Shown: positions 1-9,526 of the stretch, one piece after another
Numbering within the stretch: position 1 is the stretch's first letter
How the letters are laid out: every line of letters starts with the position of its first letter
Source of the DNA: an uncultured Bacteroidales bacterium
GTDB lineage: Bacteria; Bacteroidota; Bacteroidia; Bacteroidales; UBA10428
Length of the DNA: 64,000 nucleotides
Assembly: GCA_963822145.1 (NCBI GenBank)
Contig: CAWGGG010000004.1
Span: 1,744,426-1,808,425 of the forward strand
Reading direction: 5' to 3'
The notes under the pieces: generated by a model
Told to the model about the DNA's origin: nothing
Databases searched by the model: none
The model's input: only the letters and a program-made list of their open reading frames with translations
Program-made: the position numbers and the translations under genes

Positions 1-910
1 GGGCAATGGAGATGTTCATAAAATTAAGGCAGGCGATGATTAAAATTCCAACCGCTATGGCAGATAGTATCCATAAGTACGACGGGGCAACTGCCGGTTT
101 TAAATCGTTTTCAAGTGCGGGATTCAGATGACTCCCCCTGAAAGGTGTTACAAGATAATGATGCCTGTTTTTCATGAAATCAGGATAATAATGCTTTTCT
201 ATATTCGAAAGCTTTTGTTCAAACCCTTCGGGGATTGTTCCTTTAAAAGTTATAAAAGTATAAAGTCCAAAATGGTACCACCGTTCGCTTAAATCAGGAA
301 ATGTCTTATACCTGTAACCATCTGACAAAAAGAAATCAATATTAAAAAGTGAATTGGAGGGGAGCGGTTCAACCAAACCCGTAACCGTAAAGGTCTGATT
401 TTCATATTCAAATGTTTTGCCTATCGGATCAACACTGCCATAGAGTTTATTGGCCAGCTTGCCCGTGATTACCGCTTCAAACGGATCCTGAAAAATTGTA
501 CCCTGATTCCCTGAGATTAAAGGAAAATGAAATAGTTCAAAGAAGTCCTTTTCAACGATGGCCCCTTTCAGGTCCTTGAACCTTTCTTTTTTTACCATGA
601 TTTCATCCCAGGTAGTCATTAATCCAACCACCTTGTCAATCTCGGGATAATCCTTTTTCAGCACATCGGATAAGGCAAGTGGTGTGGAAGCCCTCACTGA
701 AGCGTCCTGGTTGTTTTTTGCAACAACACGATAAATCTGTTGCGCATTTGGATTAAAACTGTCAAATGAGGTTTCATATCGGACATAGAGAAGGATGAGC
801 AAACTCACGGTAAGGCCAACCGATAAGCCAATAATGTTTATGAACGCAAACTTTTTGTAGATAAACAAGTTACGTAGATAAATCCTTAAAAAATAGGTCA
901 AGCTTGTCAT
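1..910 (-). CDS. ABC transporter permease, FtsX/MacB-type (N-terminal part only; 3' end lies beyond the window edge)
   Basis: This ORF is not in the ORF track because it runs off the window. Reverse-complement translation from the ATG (plus 908-910) reads MTSLTYFLRIYLRNLFIYKKFAFINIIGLSVGLTVSLLILLYV. That is the same N-terminal TM-helix start as the two full-length permeases upstream. It is on the same strand, 75 nt downstream of 986..3331. Confidence 0.7.
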   Translation of the reverse strand, partial: MTSLTYFLRIYLRNLFIYKKFAFINIIGLSVGLTVSLLILLYVRYETSFDSFNPNAQQIYRVVAKNNQDASVRASTPLALSDVLKKDYPEIDKVVGLMTTWDEIMVKKERFKDLKGAIVEKDFFELFHFPLISGNQGTIFQDPFEAVITGKLANKLYGSVDPIGKTFEYENQTFTVTGLVEPLPSNSLFNIDFFLSDGYRYKTFPDLSERWYHFGLYTFITFKGTIPEGFEQKLSNIEKHYYPDFMKNRHHYLVTPFRGSHLNPALENDLKPAVAPSYLWILSAIAVGILIIACLNFMNISIA

Positions 911-985
911 ACGATTTAGTGTTAAGCTGATTCCTTTTGCCATAATCTTTGACCTGAAACCACAAATTTCAACGTGAATTCAGGA

Positions 986-3331
986 TTATTCATACCGCAA
1001 GGCCTCCACGGGATTCCTTGTTGCAGCCCTGTATGATTGTACGCTCACCGTTATTACTGCCACTGCCACTGCAAGAGTTCCTGCCACCACAAACACCCAC
1101 CAGCTTAATTCCGTCTTGTAGGCAAAATTTTGCAGCCACCGGTGCATGGCATACCACGCAATTGGACAGGCAATGACAAATGCAAAGGCTACCCATTTGA
1201 TAAAGTCTTTATTGAGCATTGCCATAATTTCAAAAGTCCGTGCACCATTCACCTTGCGGATGCCGATTTCTTTTATCCTGAACCGAAGCAAAAGTTGAAC
1301 TAAACCAAACAGACCGATTAAGGAGATGAGCATTGCCAAAGCAAAAAACAAATTGAACAATTTTAAAAGTGATTTTTCATTGCGATACTGTTGTATAATA
1401 AGGTCGCCAACGAATTGATATTCAAATGGCTCTACAGTTTCAAATTTTTCCCAAACATGACGGATTTCAGCAATATTATTTTCAAATCCTGTCTTTTGCA
1501 GACGAATGATGAAATTCCAACATTTGTCAGCAATTGTAAACTGTATAGGTTTAATCGGATCGTGCATGGATCCAATATGAAAATCACTTACAATACCTAC
1601 AATCTGCACTTTGGTTTCCCCCAAATTGTACGATTTGCCTAAAATTGATTCTCCGATACCGAATTGTATGAATGCTTTGTCATTAATAACAGCTCGATCG
1701 TAAATCGAAGTCGTGTCTTCGGTGAATTCACCAAGTTGGTTTTTTACCGGAATTTTTAAAACATCAAAAAAATTGGATGCTACCTGAGAATGGAAAATTT
1801 CGATCTTTACATCGGTACCTTCTGGCTGCACAGGCCAATAATTTCCCAGGTATCCGGGCAGTGGAAATGCACAGGATGTTGTTGCTACTACTCCCGGGAT
1901 CTTTTTAATTTCGTTGTTCATGGCGTCGAAATGATCAAAAGTCGCTTTGGTACCACTAAAACATATTAGCGAAGAATAGTCGTAACCCAATTCGCCTTTT
2001 GTACTTTCATTCAATTGCTTCTTTATGGTGATGGCAGCTATTAGTAATACTATCGCAATTGAAAACTGAACAGTAATCAGTCCATTTCTAAACAACGATT
2101 TGGATTTTAAAGCTTTAGAGGTTGAAATTGCAACTGTTCTACTAATATAGTTTGCAGGATATAATCCGGAAAGTACTCCGATAATTAAACCGAACAATAC
2201 AATTATCATCCAAAAAAAGGGTTTGCTAAGTGGTATGTCTATCCCAATGATACCCTGCGATTTAAGAAGCGGGATTGCATAGAGTGAAATAATAAAAGCT
2301 GCCAGAATACATAAAAAAGTCAATAATACCGAAAATGACATATATTCCCTGAATAGATATTTTCTGCTTGCACCAATAATCTTTTTTACTGCAACTGATT
2401 TCTTTCTTGCCTCAAAACCTGCTGTTGAAAGATTAATGTAATTTATACAAGAGATGATGAGTATCAGAATGCCAGAAGAGCAGAATATATATATAAGAAT
2501 AATACTAATATCGGAATCGAAACTTCCCAAAATTGAAGAACTGTGTAAATGTATCTTTTCAAGTGGCTGTAAATAATAATCACTTGTTTCTGCATACCAA
2601 TTTCCAACATATTTGGCTTGGAGTGGTTTCATAATGTTTCCAAACCCTGCAACCATTGTTTTATCTTCAACCAAAACAAACGTTCTCCACGTCCACCATA
2701 ACCAGTGATTTTTCATCTCTTCTCCGAATTCATCCAGCGCATCGTTTGTACTTGTGAGGAACTCGAATTGTAATGACGAATTTGAGGGAATATCATCAAA
2801 AACTGCCGATACAGTATATTTCTGTCCATAATTAAGAGTAAGGGTCTTCCCAACTGGTGAAACAGCTCCAAATATTTTATTGGCCAGCGATTTGGAAAGC
2901 GCAATACTTAAAGGCTTTTCAAAAAAATTTTCACTTTCCTGCTGTAACACGCGGAATGAAAAGATATCGAATAGCTCTATATCACCAGACGCGCCTTTTG
3001 CTTTATAGGATTTTTTGTCAAATTCAATATTTTGATCCCATGCCCAGCCAAAACGGGCAGCTTTTTCAATGCCCGGGACCTCTTTGGGTAATACATTGAA
3101 CCAATTGTGATTGGTAGTCGCATTATCTGTACTTTTCTGATTCTGAATATAGTTTAACCGGAAAATCCTTTCCGACCTTGCATTAAACCTGTCAAAAGTA
3201 AATTGGTGATAAACAAAAAGACCTATAATCAAACATGCCGATAAGGCAATTGAATATCCAAAGACGTTTACAATCGTTATCGTTATATTGTATTTAAGTT
3301 CTTTGTAGAAATTGGAAATTTTCATAATCAT
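986..3331 (-). CDS. ABC transporter permease, FtsX/MacB-type
   Basis: 781-aa ORF with an N-terminal TM helix, a large extracytoplasmic domain and a C-terminal multi-TM FtsX domain (KEIGIRKVNGA...VQSYRAATRNPVEALRYE). An alternative start at MKISNF (3325) is possible. Confidence 0.85.
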   Translation of the reverse strand: MIMKISNFYKELKYNITITIVNVFGYSIALSACLIIGLFVYHQFTFDRFNARSERIFRLNYIQNQKSTDNATTNHNWFNVLPKEVPGIEKAARFGWAWDQNIEFDKKSYKAKGASGDIELFDIFSFRVLQQESENFFEKPLSIALSKSLANKIFGAVSPVGKTLTLNYGQKYTVSAVFDDIPSNSSLQFEFLTSTNDALDEFGEEMKNHWLWWTWRTFVLVEDKTMVAGFGNIMKPLQAKYVGNWYAETSDYYLQPLEKIHLHSSSILGSFDSDISIILIYIFCSSGILILIISCINYINLSTAGFEARKKSVAVKKIIGASRKYLFREYMSFSVLLTFLCILAAFIISLYAIPLLKSQGIIGIDIPLSKPFFWMIIVLFGLIIGVLSGLYPANYISRTVAISTSKALKSKSLFRNGLITVQFSIAIVLLIAAITIKKQLNESTKGELGYDYSSLICFSGTKATFDHFDAMNNEIKKIPGVVATTSCAFPLPGYLGNYWPVQPEGTDVKIEIFHSQVASNFFDVLKIPVKNQLGEFTEDTTSIYDRAVINDKAFIQFGIGESILGKSYNLGETKVQIVGIVSDFHIGSMHDPIKPIQFTIADKCWNFIIRLQKTGFENNIAEIRHVWEKFETVEPFEYQFVGDLIIQQYRNEKSLLKLFNLFFALAMLISLIGLFGLVQLLLRFRIKEIGIRKVNGARTFEIMAMLNKDFIKWVAFAFVIACPIAWYAMHRWLQNFAYKTELSWWVFVVAGTLAVAVAVITVSVQSYRAATRNPVEALRYE
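1002..1273. repeat. 272-bp repeat, copy A (3' end of the permease gene), near-identical to 3421..3692
   Basis: Base-by-base comparison by eye shows one mismatch (1019 t versus 3438 g). The flanks diverge immediately outside the tract. Confidence 0.9.
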
Positions 3332-3404
3332 TTCTTATATATGTTTCTTGGCAGATACTTCAATCAGGATCCTAGCCTGACAACTGTCTGGTTCGGTTTC
3401 ATCC

Positions 3405-5762
3405 TCATTCGTATCTCAGCGCCTCCACGGGATTCCTGGTTGCAGCCCTGTATGATTGTACGCTCACCGTTATTACTGCCACTGCCACTGCAAGAGTTCC
3501 TGCCACCACAAACACCCACCAGCTTAATTCCGTCTTGTAGGCAAAATTTTGCAGCCACCGGTGCATGGCATACCACGCAATTGGACAGGCAATGACAAAT
3601 GCAAAGGCTACCCATTTGATAAAGTCTTTATTGAGCATTGCCATAATTTCAAAAGTCCGTGCACCATTCACCTTGCGGATGCCGATTTCTTTGGTGCGGC
3701 GTTCGGTCAAGAACACCGACAGTCCCACCAGACCCAGTATTGCAATGGAAATGGCAATGATCATACAATACACCAAAAGTGTCTGTACGTTTTCTTCGGA
3801 CCGGTACAGGTTGTTGTAACGGTCATTCAGGAACTCAAAGGAAAAAGTGTAGTCAGCAACATTGTATGCCTCCCAGGTTTTTTCGATGAAGGCCAGGGTG
3901 TTTTTTTTATCGATCGAGGCAATCCTAATAGAAACCAGATCAAAATCACTGGGATCATAATAAATGATAATCGGACTGATGGGGTTGTGCAGTGATTCAT
4001 AGTGGAAATCCTTCACAACGCCGATTACGCTTCCTTCTCGACCGCCATATTCAATCACCTGTCCGATGGACTCTTCGGGCGACTTCCATCCGATTTCCTT
4101 CACTGCCATTTCATTGATCAGGTAACCGAAATCACTGGCAATATTTTCGTGGAAATTCCGGCCGGCTAAAAGTTGAACCTTGTAGGTGGGTATAAACTGA
4201 TCATCTGTCCTGACATTCGCCAGCCTGAATCCCAGGGGAATCGCATTGCCTCCCGATATGACCCTGGCGCCATTGCTGTCCCAAAGCCCCGAGGAGGGTA
4301 CCCGTTTGGACCCGGATACAGTTAAAACGTTGGAATTCTTTAGCAGCTGTTGTTTAAAATCATCAAACTTTTGAAGTAACAAGGGTGTGACCGGTATTAT
4401 AACGATATTTTCCTTGTCGATCCCCAGCTCTTTATGATGCAGGTAGTTCAATTGCTTGGATACCAATAGGAACGAGATGATCAACGCAATAGAGACTACA
4501 AATTGAAAAACCACAAGGCCGCTCCGGAATGCTGTTTTTCCGAAACGGGAATCATAAGTCTTTGTTTTTCCCGGCCTGTACGATGATAAAATAACCATCG
4601 GATAAATGCCCGAAAGGATGCCTGTCAGCAAGGATAACACCACAAAACCGCCAACTAGAGCCAGGTTTTCAGTAAATTTAAAACTAAAGGAGTTTATAAA
4701 AAAGGCATTGAACAACGGCAGGGAAATTGAAGCCATATACATTGCAAGGATGAGCGCAACAAAACAAAACAATACCGACTCAGCCAGCAATTGCACAATG
4801 AGCCTTTTTTGGGATGCTCCGATGATCCTTTTTATGGTTGTATCCTTCATCTTTTTGGAATACATAGCCGCATTCAGGTTCATGAAGTTGATACTCCCCA
4901 GGATCAGGATCAGCAAGGCGATTGAGGTTAAAATATAAATATAGGAACGGCTGCTGTACCAGTTAAAATGAATATCCGTCAACCGTTCGAGCCTGATTTT
5001 TGTCCATTTGGTACCATTGTCCAGCTGCTTATCAATGAATGCGTCAAGTTTATTGTCGATATCCGCAGGCAGGAATGGTATCAGTGCAAACGTCTCGTAG
5101 TTGTTGCTGCCCCAGTCCTTTAACTCATCCGGGCCAACAGCAGCCTCCAGGGTACTGAAGGAAACCAGGAAATCGGGGTTAAAGTGGGTAGGTTGTTTCC
5201 ATCTTTTAAAAACCCCTGTGATCTCAAGGGTGTGCTTTCCACCGTTTTCATCTTTAAACTCCAGAGTCTTACCAATGGCATCCTGTTCAGGGAAGTATTT
5301 ATCCGCTGCCTCATCTGTAATAATAGCGGTGAGGGGACGTATCAGCAGGCTACTGTCGGCGGGCAATCCTTCGAATGTAAAAATTTTCAATACAGCAGGC
5401 TCTGCAAAGCATACTTTGTTTTCCTCCGTATTGTAATTGCCTGATGAAAACACCATGCCGGTGTGGTAAACCCGGGCAATTTGCTGGATGGCAGAAAATT
5501 CATTCTTGAGCAGGGGCGCTATTACAGCGGCCACATTGGGCAAATGCAGGTTCTCTGAACCGTTTTCATCATAAAAATAGCGGTGCACCCGGTAAATGTT
5601 ATGGCTATTTTCGTGGAATCCGTCATAACTCAGCTCGTTTTTTATCCATACGGTAATGACAATGACGCATACAAAGCCCAGTACCAAACCTGAAAGATTG
5701 ATCAAGGAGAAAAGCAGGTTTCGCTTAATATTTCTAATCATCGAGATTATGAATCTTTTCAT
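3405..5762 (-). CDS. ABC transporter permease, FtsX/MacB-type
   Basis: 785-aa ORF with the same architecture as 986..3331. Its last ~90 aa are identical to that paralogue. Confidence 0.85.
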   Translation of the reverse strand: MKRFIISMIRNIKRNLLFSLINLSGLVLGFVCVIVITVWIKNELSYDGFHENSHNIYRVHRYFYDENGSENLHLPNVAAVIAPLLKNEFSAIQQIARVYHTGMVFSSGNYNTEENKVCFAEPAVLKIFTFEGLPADSSLLIRPLTAIITDEAADKYFPEQDAIGKTLEFKDENGGKHTLEITGVFKRWKQPTHFNPDFLVSFSTLEAAVGPDELKDWGSNNYETFALIPFLPADIDNKLDAFIDKQLDNGTKWTKIRLERLTDIHFNWYSSRSYIYILTSIALLILILGSINFMNLNAAMYSKKMKDTTIKRIIGASQKRLIVQLLAESVLFCFVALILAMYMASISLPLFNAFFINSFSFKFTENLALVGGFVVLSLLTGILSGIYPMVILSSYRPGKTKTYDSRFGKTAFRSGLVVFQFVVSIALIISFLLVSKQLNYLHHKELGIDKENIVIIPVTPLLLQKFDDFKQQLLKNSNVLTVSGSKRVPSSGLWDSNGARVISGGNAIPLGFRLANVRTDDQFIPTYKVQLLAGRNFHENIASDFGYLINEMAVKEIGWKSPEESIGQVIEYGGREGSVIGVVKDFHYESLHNPISPIIIYYDPSDFDLVSIRIASIDKKNTLAFIEKTWEAYNVADYTFSFEFLNDRYNNLYRSEENVQTLLVYCMIIAISIAILGLVGLSVFLTERRTKEIGIRKVNGARTFEIMAMLNKDFIKWVAFAFVIACPIAWYAMHRWLQNFAYKTELSWWVFVVAGTLAVAVAVITVSVQSYRAATRNPVEALRYE
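3421..3692. repeat. 272-bp repeat, copy B (3' end of the permease gene), near-identical to 1002..1273
   Basis: See copy A. The offset between the copies is 2419 bp. Confidence 0.9.
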
Positions 5763-5857
5763 TTTTATATTGCAGTTAAAATTGATTGATCCATGTATAT
5801 TATCGGTTTTCTGGTCTTTAGCACCTCTTCTTCAGCGACTGCCGTTTGCCTTTCCCC

Positions 5858-6571
5858 CTATATCTCCTCCTTATCCCTGTAAACCACCTCCGCATTCCCT
5901 TTCATTTCCTCCGTAACAATCCTTCCGTCAAACAAATGAATGATGCGGTGCGCATAACTTGAATCCCTTTCTGAGTGGGTCACCATCACAATGGTGGTAC
6001 CTTCCCTGTTCAGGTCCGATAACAATTTCATTACTTCAATACCATTTTTAGAATCGAGGTTACCTGTGGGCTCGTCAGCAAGGACAAGCTTTGGCGCGAT
6101 CACCACGGCACGTGAAATTGCTACACGCTGCTGCTGGCCGCCTGAAAGCTGCTGGGGAAAATGTTTTCCCCGGTGACCGATCTTCATCCGTTCCAGGATG
6201 CTTTCAACCCTCTTTTTGCGTTGAGATTCCCTGATCCCCATATACACCAGGGGAAGTTCCACATTTTCAAAAACCGTTAATTCATCAATCAGGTTAAAAC
6301 TTTGAAAAACAAAACCAATATTCCCCTTTCGCATTTCGGTGCGCTGGCCTTCGTTAAGCGCTGAAACATCCCTATCATTAAAAAAGTACTTTCCTTTCGT
6401 TGGATTGTCAAGCAAGCCGATGATATTCAGCAGGGTTGATTTACCACAGCCCGATGGTCCCATTATTGCCACAAACTCGCCTTGGCTGACCTCCATGGTC
6501 ACATTGTTCAATGCTGTGGTTTCAACCTCGTCGGTGCGGAAAATCCTGGTGAGTTCCTTTGTTTTTATCAT
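5858..6571 (-). CDS. ABC transporter ATP-binding protein (MacB/LolD-type)
   Basis: 237 aa with Walker A GPSGCGKST, signature LSGGQQQRV and Walker B LVLADEPTGNLD. It is the first gene of the minus-strand operon and is followed by three permeases. Confidence 0.9.
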   Translation of the reverse strand: MIKTKELTRIFRTDEVETTALNNVTMEVSQGEFVAIMGPSGCGKSTLLNIIGLLDNPTKGKYFFNDRDVSALNEGQRTEMRKGNIGFVFQSFNLIDELTVFENVELPLVYMGIRESQRKKRVESILERMKIGHRGKHFPQQLSGGQQQRVAISRAVVIAPKLVLADEPTGNLDSKNGIEVMKLLSDLNREGTTIVMVTHSERDSSYAHRIIHLFDGRIVTEEMKGNAEVVYRDKEEI

Positions 6572-6619
6572 TGATTTTGTATAAAGTATTTATGCTTTAG
6601 CCCATTCAATTCCTTCACA

Positions 6620-6636
6620 TTCAAATCCGGTGCCAT
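6620..6636 (-). promoter_or_regulatory. Candidate sigma-54 (-24/-12) promoter for the ABC operon
   Basis: The minus strand reads aTGGCACCGGATTTGAA, which is TGGCAC-N5-TTGA at canonical spacing. The -12 element is GA rather than GC. It sits about 49 nt upstream of the ATG at 6571, and a sigma-54 enhancer-binding regulator is encoded divergently. Confidence 0.3.
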
Positions 6637-6780
6637 ACATGTAATTAACTCACTATTAAATAGATGAAAATAATATCAATAAAAAAGTGTAAAAAAATTG
6701 GCCTTCTTTTGTAAAATAATTGGACACTTTGACCGATCCGAGTTTAAGTTCAATACCTTTGATCAACAAGATCGTAAACG

Positions 6781-8142
6781 ATGCTTACGGGAAAAATACT
6801 TATTGTGGATGACAACAAGAGTGTACTGAGTGCACTGAAGTTGTTTTTACAGGGTGAATTTGAAATGGTTGAAACCATTGCCAGCCCGAACCTGATTATG
6901 GCAACGCTGGGTAAAAACGATTTTGACCTGGTATTGCTTGATATGAATTTCTCTACCGGCATCAATACCGGCAATGAGGGACTGTTTTGGCTGGGTGAAA
7001 TAAAAAAAGAGACTCCGACCACCGAAGTTGTGATGATCACGGCCTATGGTGATATTGAACTTGCCGTTAAGGCACTGAAACTGGGTGCGGCCGATTTTAT
7101 TGTCAAGCCCTGGGAGAATGTTAAACTGCTGGCCACACTGAAATCCACCCTGAAGCTGAGGCGGTCGAACATCAAGGTGGAAGAGCTCAGGCAAAGGGAA
7201 CAAAGTCTCAAATCTGAACTTAACCAGGAACAGCGTCCCATCGTTGGGTCATCACCTGGCATGCTGCAAATGATGCAGATGATTTCAAAGGTGGCCAGAA
7301 CCGATGCCAATGTGCTGATCACCGGGGAAAACGGCACGGGCAAAGAATTGGTGGCACGGGAAATTCACCGGAAATCGGACCGGCACGGTGAATTGCTGGT
7401 GACGGTTGACATGGGTGCCATCCCGGAGACCTTGTTTGAAAGCGAATTATTCGGCCATAAAAAAGGCTCATTTACAGATGCACATGAGGATCGCATAGGT
7501 AAATTCCAGCTTGCACAAAAAGGATCCCTTTTCCTTGATGAAATAGGTAACCTGCCCTTGTCACTTCAGTCGAAGCTTTTAACCACGCTGCAAAACCGAA
7601 CCATCATGCCGGTAGGTTCCAATCAAACTGTGGCCATCGATATCCGTCTGATATGTGCCACCAACTGTGACCTTGAACAATTCATCGTTGAACAGAAATT
7701 CAGGGAGGACCTGCTTTACCGGATCAACACCATTTGCATCGAGGTTCCACCGCTTCGGGAAAGGGGCCAGGATATTGAACTGCTGGCAACATTTTTCCTG
7801 AAATGTTTTGAAAAAAAGTACCGAAAGCCTGCACTCAAAATCAGTACTCAGGCCATGAATAAGCTGATGAAATATGCATGGCCGGGCAATGTGAGGGAAT
7901 TGCAGCATACCATTGAGAAGGCAGTAATCCTTAGCGATTCCCTTACACTTAAGGCGGAGGACTTTATTTTTAAGGCAGCCGGCCGGGTAGTAAATTCTCC
8001 TTTGCTGACCTTTGAAGAAATGGAAAAACAGATGATTGAGGCAGCCTTCGAAAAACACAACGGCAAGCATAATGCTGTAGCCAACCAACTGGGAATCTCA
8101 CGTCAAACCCTGTACAATAAAATGAAACGGTATGATTTATAA
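6781..8142 (+). CDS. Sigma-54-dependent response regulator (NtrC family: REC + AAA+ + Fis-type HTH)
   Basis: 453 aa. The receiver has DLVLLDMNF, and the AAA+ domain has Walker A GENGTGKE. ESELFGHKKGSFTDA is a GAFTGA-loop variant (GSFTDA). The C-terminal HTH is NAVANQLGISRQTLYNKMKRY. Confidence 0.9.
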   Translation: MLTGKILIVDDNKSVLSALKLFLQGEFEMVETIASPNLIMATLGKNDFDLVLLDMNFSTGINTGNEGLFWLGEIKKETPTTEVVMITAYGDIELAVKALKLGAADFIVKPWENVKLLATLKSTLKLRRSNIKVEELRQREQSLKSELNQEQRPIVGSSPGMLQMMQMISKVARTDANVLITGENGTGKELVAREIHRKSDRHGELLVTVDMGAIPETLFESELFGHKKGSFTDAHEDRIGKFQLAQKGSLFLDEIGNLPLSLQSKLLTTLQNRTIMPVGSNQTVAIDIRLICATNCDLEQFIVEQKFREDLLYRINTICIEVPPLRERGQDIELLATFFLKCFEKKYRKPALKISTQAMNKLMKYAWPGNVRELQHTIEKAVILSDSLTLKAEDFIFKAAGRVVNSPLLTFEEMEKQMIEAAFEKHNGKHNAVANQLGISRQTLYNKMKRYDL

Positions 8143-9481
8143 ATCGTTCAACCTCACCATTGTGATCCGCCTGATTGTTTTTGCGGTTACGGCGGCATGC
8201 CTGGGAATCGGGTTGTATCACCGGAATGTATTTGTTTCGGCACCACTGATCCTCCTTGTTCTGATCATCATGTTTGACCTGGTCTATTTCGTGAATGGGG
8301 TGAACCGCAAAGTGGCATTCTTTTTCGATGCGATCAGGAATGAGGATACCACCCTTCACTATGCTGAAAATGTTAAACCCAGTTCGCTGCATGCTTTGCA
8401 CCTAAGTCTGAACAGGCTTAACCAGCATATTGCCGACATTAAATTAATCAGCGCCCATAATGAGAAGTTCTTTCATGAGATGTTGAAGTCTTCTGCCACC
8501 GGACTCATGGCGGTGGATGAAAACGGGTATGTTGAACAGGTAAATGATTCCGCTCTTGAATTCATTGGAATGCCACACATCGCACACACAGATCTGCTGA
8601 GGCAAAAAAGCGGTGAATTGTATGAAATGCTGATGCAAATCGGTCCGGGACAGAGCCGGACAATTAAAGTCTTACAGGGCAACGAGCTTCGCTTGTTATC
8701 ATTGAAAGTGGCATTGTTGCATTTTGGTGAGAAGAAATACAGGCTGTATTCCATTTCTGATATCAAATCCGAATTGGAGGAGCATGAAGTGGATTCATGG
8801 CAAAAACTGATCAGGGTAATGACCCATGAGATCATGAATTCTATAGCACCGATCACTTCCCTGAGCAGCACGCTTACTGCAATATTTGTAAAGGATAGTC
8901 TGCCATTGCCCGTCTCTGAGGTCACTGAAAAGCACATAGCAAATATCCTTCAGGGATTGGATGTGATTGAAAGTACAGGCAGAGGCCTGATGCATTTTGT
9001 GGAGGATTACAGACAACTGACCAAAATACCAAAACCTGTCTTTAAATCCATTGATACCATCAAATGGTTAAACGCGCTTCAATTGTTGATGAAATTCAGG
9101 CTGGATGAAGAAAATGTTAAACTCAGCATTCAGGCGAAGGGGTCGTTGCATGAACTGATCGGTGATGAGAAACTGCTGAACCAGGTAATGATTAATGTGC
9201 TGAATAATGCCATGGATGCATTAAAAAACGTGGCGCAGAAAAAGATAGTGATCAGTCTGTCGGAAAGCACAACCGGTAGATTTAAAATCAGCATTACCGA
9301 TAATGGAAAGGGGATTGCCCCGGATGAAATTGACAAGGTGTTCATCCCCTTCTATACTACCAAGGAAAATGGTTCGGGCATCGGATTAAGCATATCCCGT
9401 AAAATCATGCGGTTGCACAAAGGCAGTATTTCCGTATTTTCAAAGCAGGGAGAGCAAACTACAATAGTATTGAGCTTCTAG
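8132..9481 (+). CDS. Sensor histidine kinase (TM + PAS-like + HisKA + HATPase)
   Basis: 449 aa with N-terminal TM helices. Motifs are H-box MTHEIMNSIAPI, N-box NVLNNAMDAL, G1 DNGKGI and G2 GSGIGLSIS. The start overlaps the regulator's stop by 11 nt. Confidence 0.85.
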   Translation: MIYKSFNLTIVIRLIVFAVTAACLGIGLYHRNVFVSAPLILLVLIIMFDLVYFVNGVNRKVAFFFDAIRNEDTTLHYAENVKPSSLHALHLSLNRLNQHIADIKLISAHNEKFFHEMLKSSATGLMAVDENGYVEQVNDSALEFIGMPHIAHTDLLRQKSGELYEMLMQIGPGQSRTIKVLQGNELRLLSLKVALLHFGEKKYRLYSISDIKSELEEHEVDSWQKLIRVMTHEIMNSIAPITSLSSTLTAIFVKDSLPLPVSEVTEKHIANILQGLDVIESTGRGLMHFVEDYRQLTKIPKPVFKSIDTIKWLNALQLLMKFRLDEENVKLSIQAKGSLHELIGDEKLLNQVMINVLNNAMDALKNVAQKKIVISLSESTTGRFKISITDNGKGIAPDEIDKVFIPFYTTKENGSGIGLSISRKIMRLHKGSISVFSKQGEQTTIVLSF

Positions 9482-9526
9482 TCGTCCCTTCTTCGCCCGT
9501 CCGTAGCTTCGGTGAAGGCGGGGTCC

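Noticed and set aside
990-1196. 68-aa ORF (MGSLCICHCLSNCVVCH...) and its near twin at 3364..3615
   Set aside because: Both are antisense shadow frames inside the permease genes. They look conserved only because they lie in the 272-bp DNA repeat. They are Cys/Gly-rich and low-complexity, with no independent coding support.
6699-6712. Second sigma-54-like site (TGGCCTTCTTTTGT) on the plus strand upstream of the response regulator
   Set aside because: The spacing is one nucleotide short. The -24 element reads GGCC and the -12 element reads TTGT instead of TTGC. That is too many deviations.
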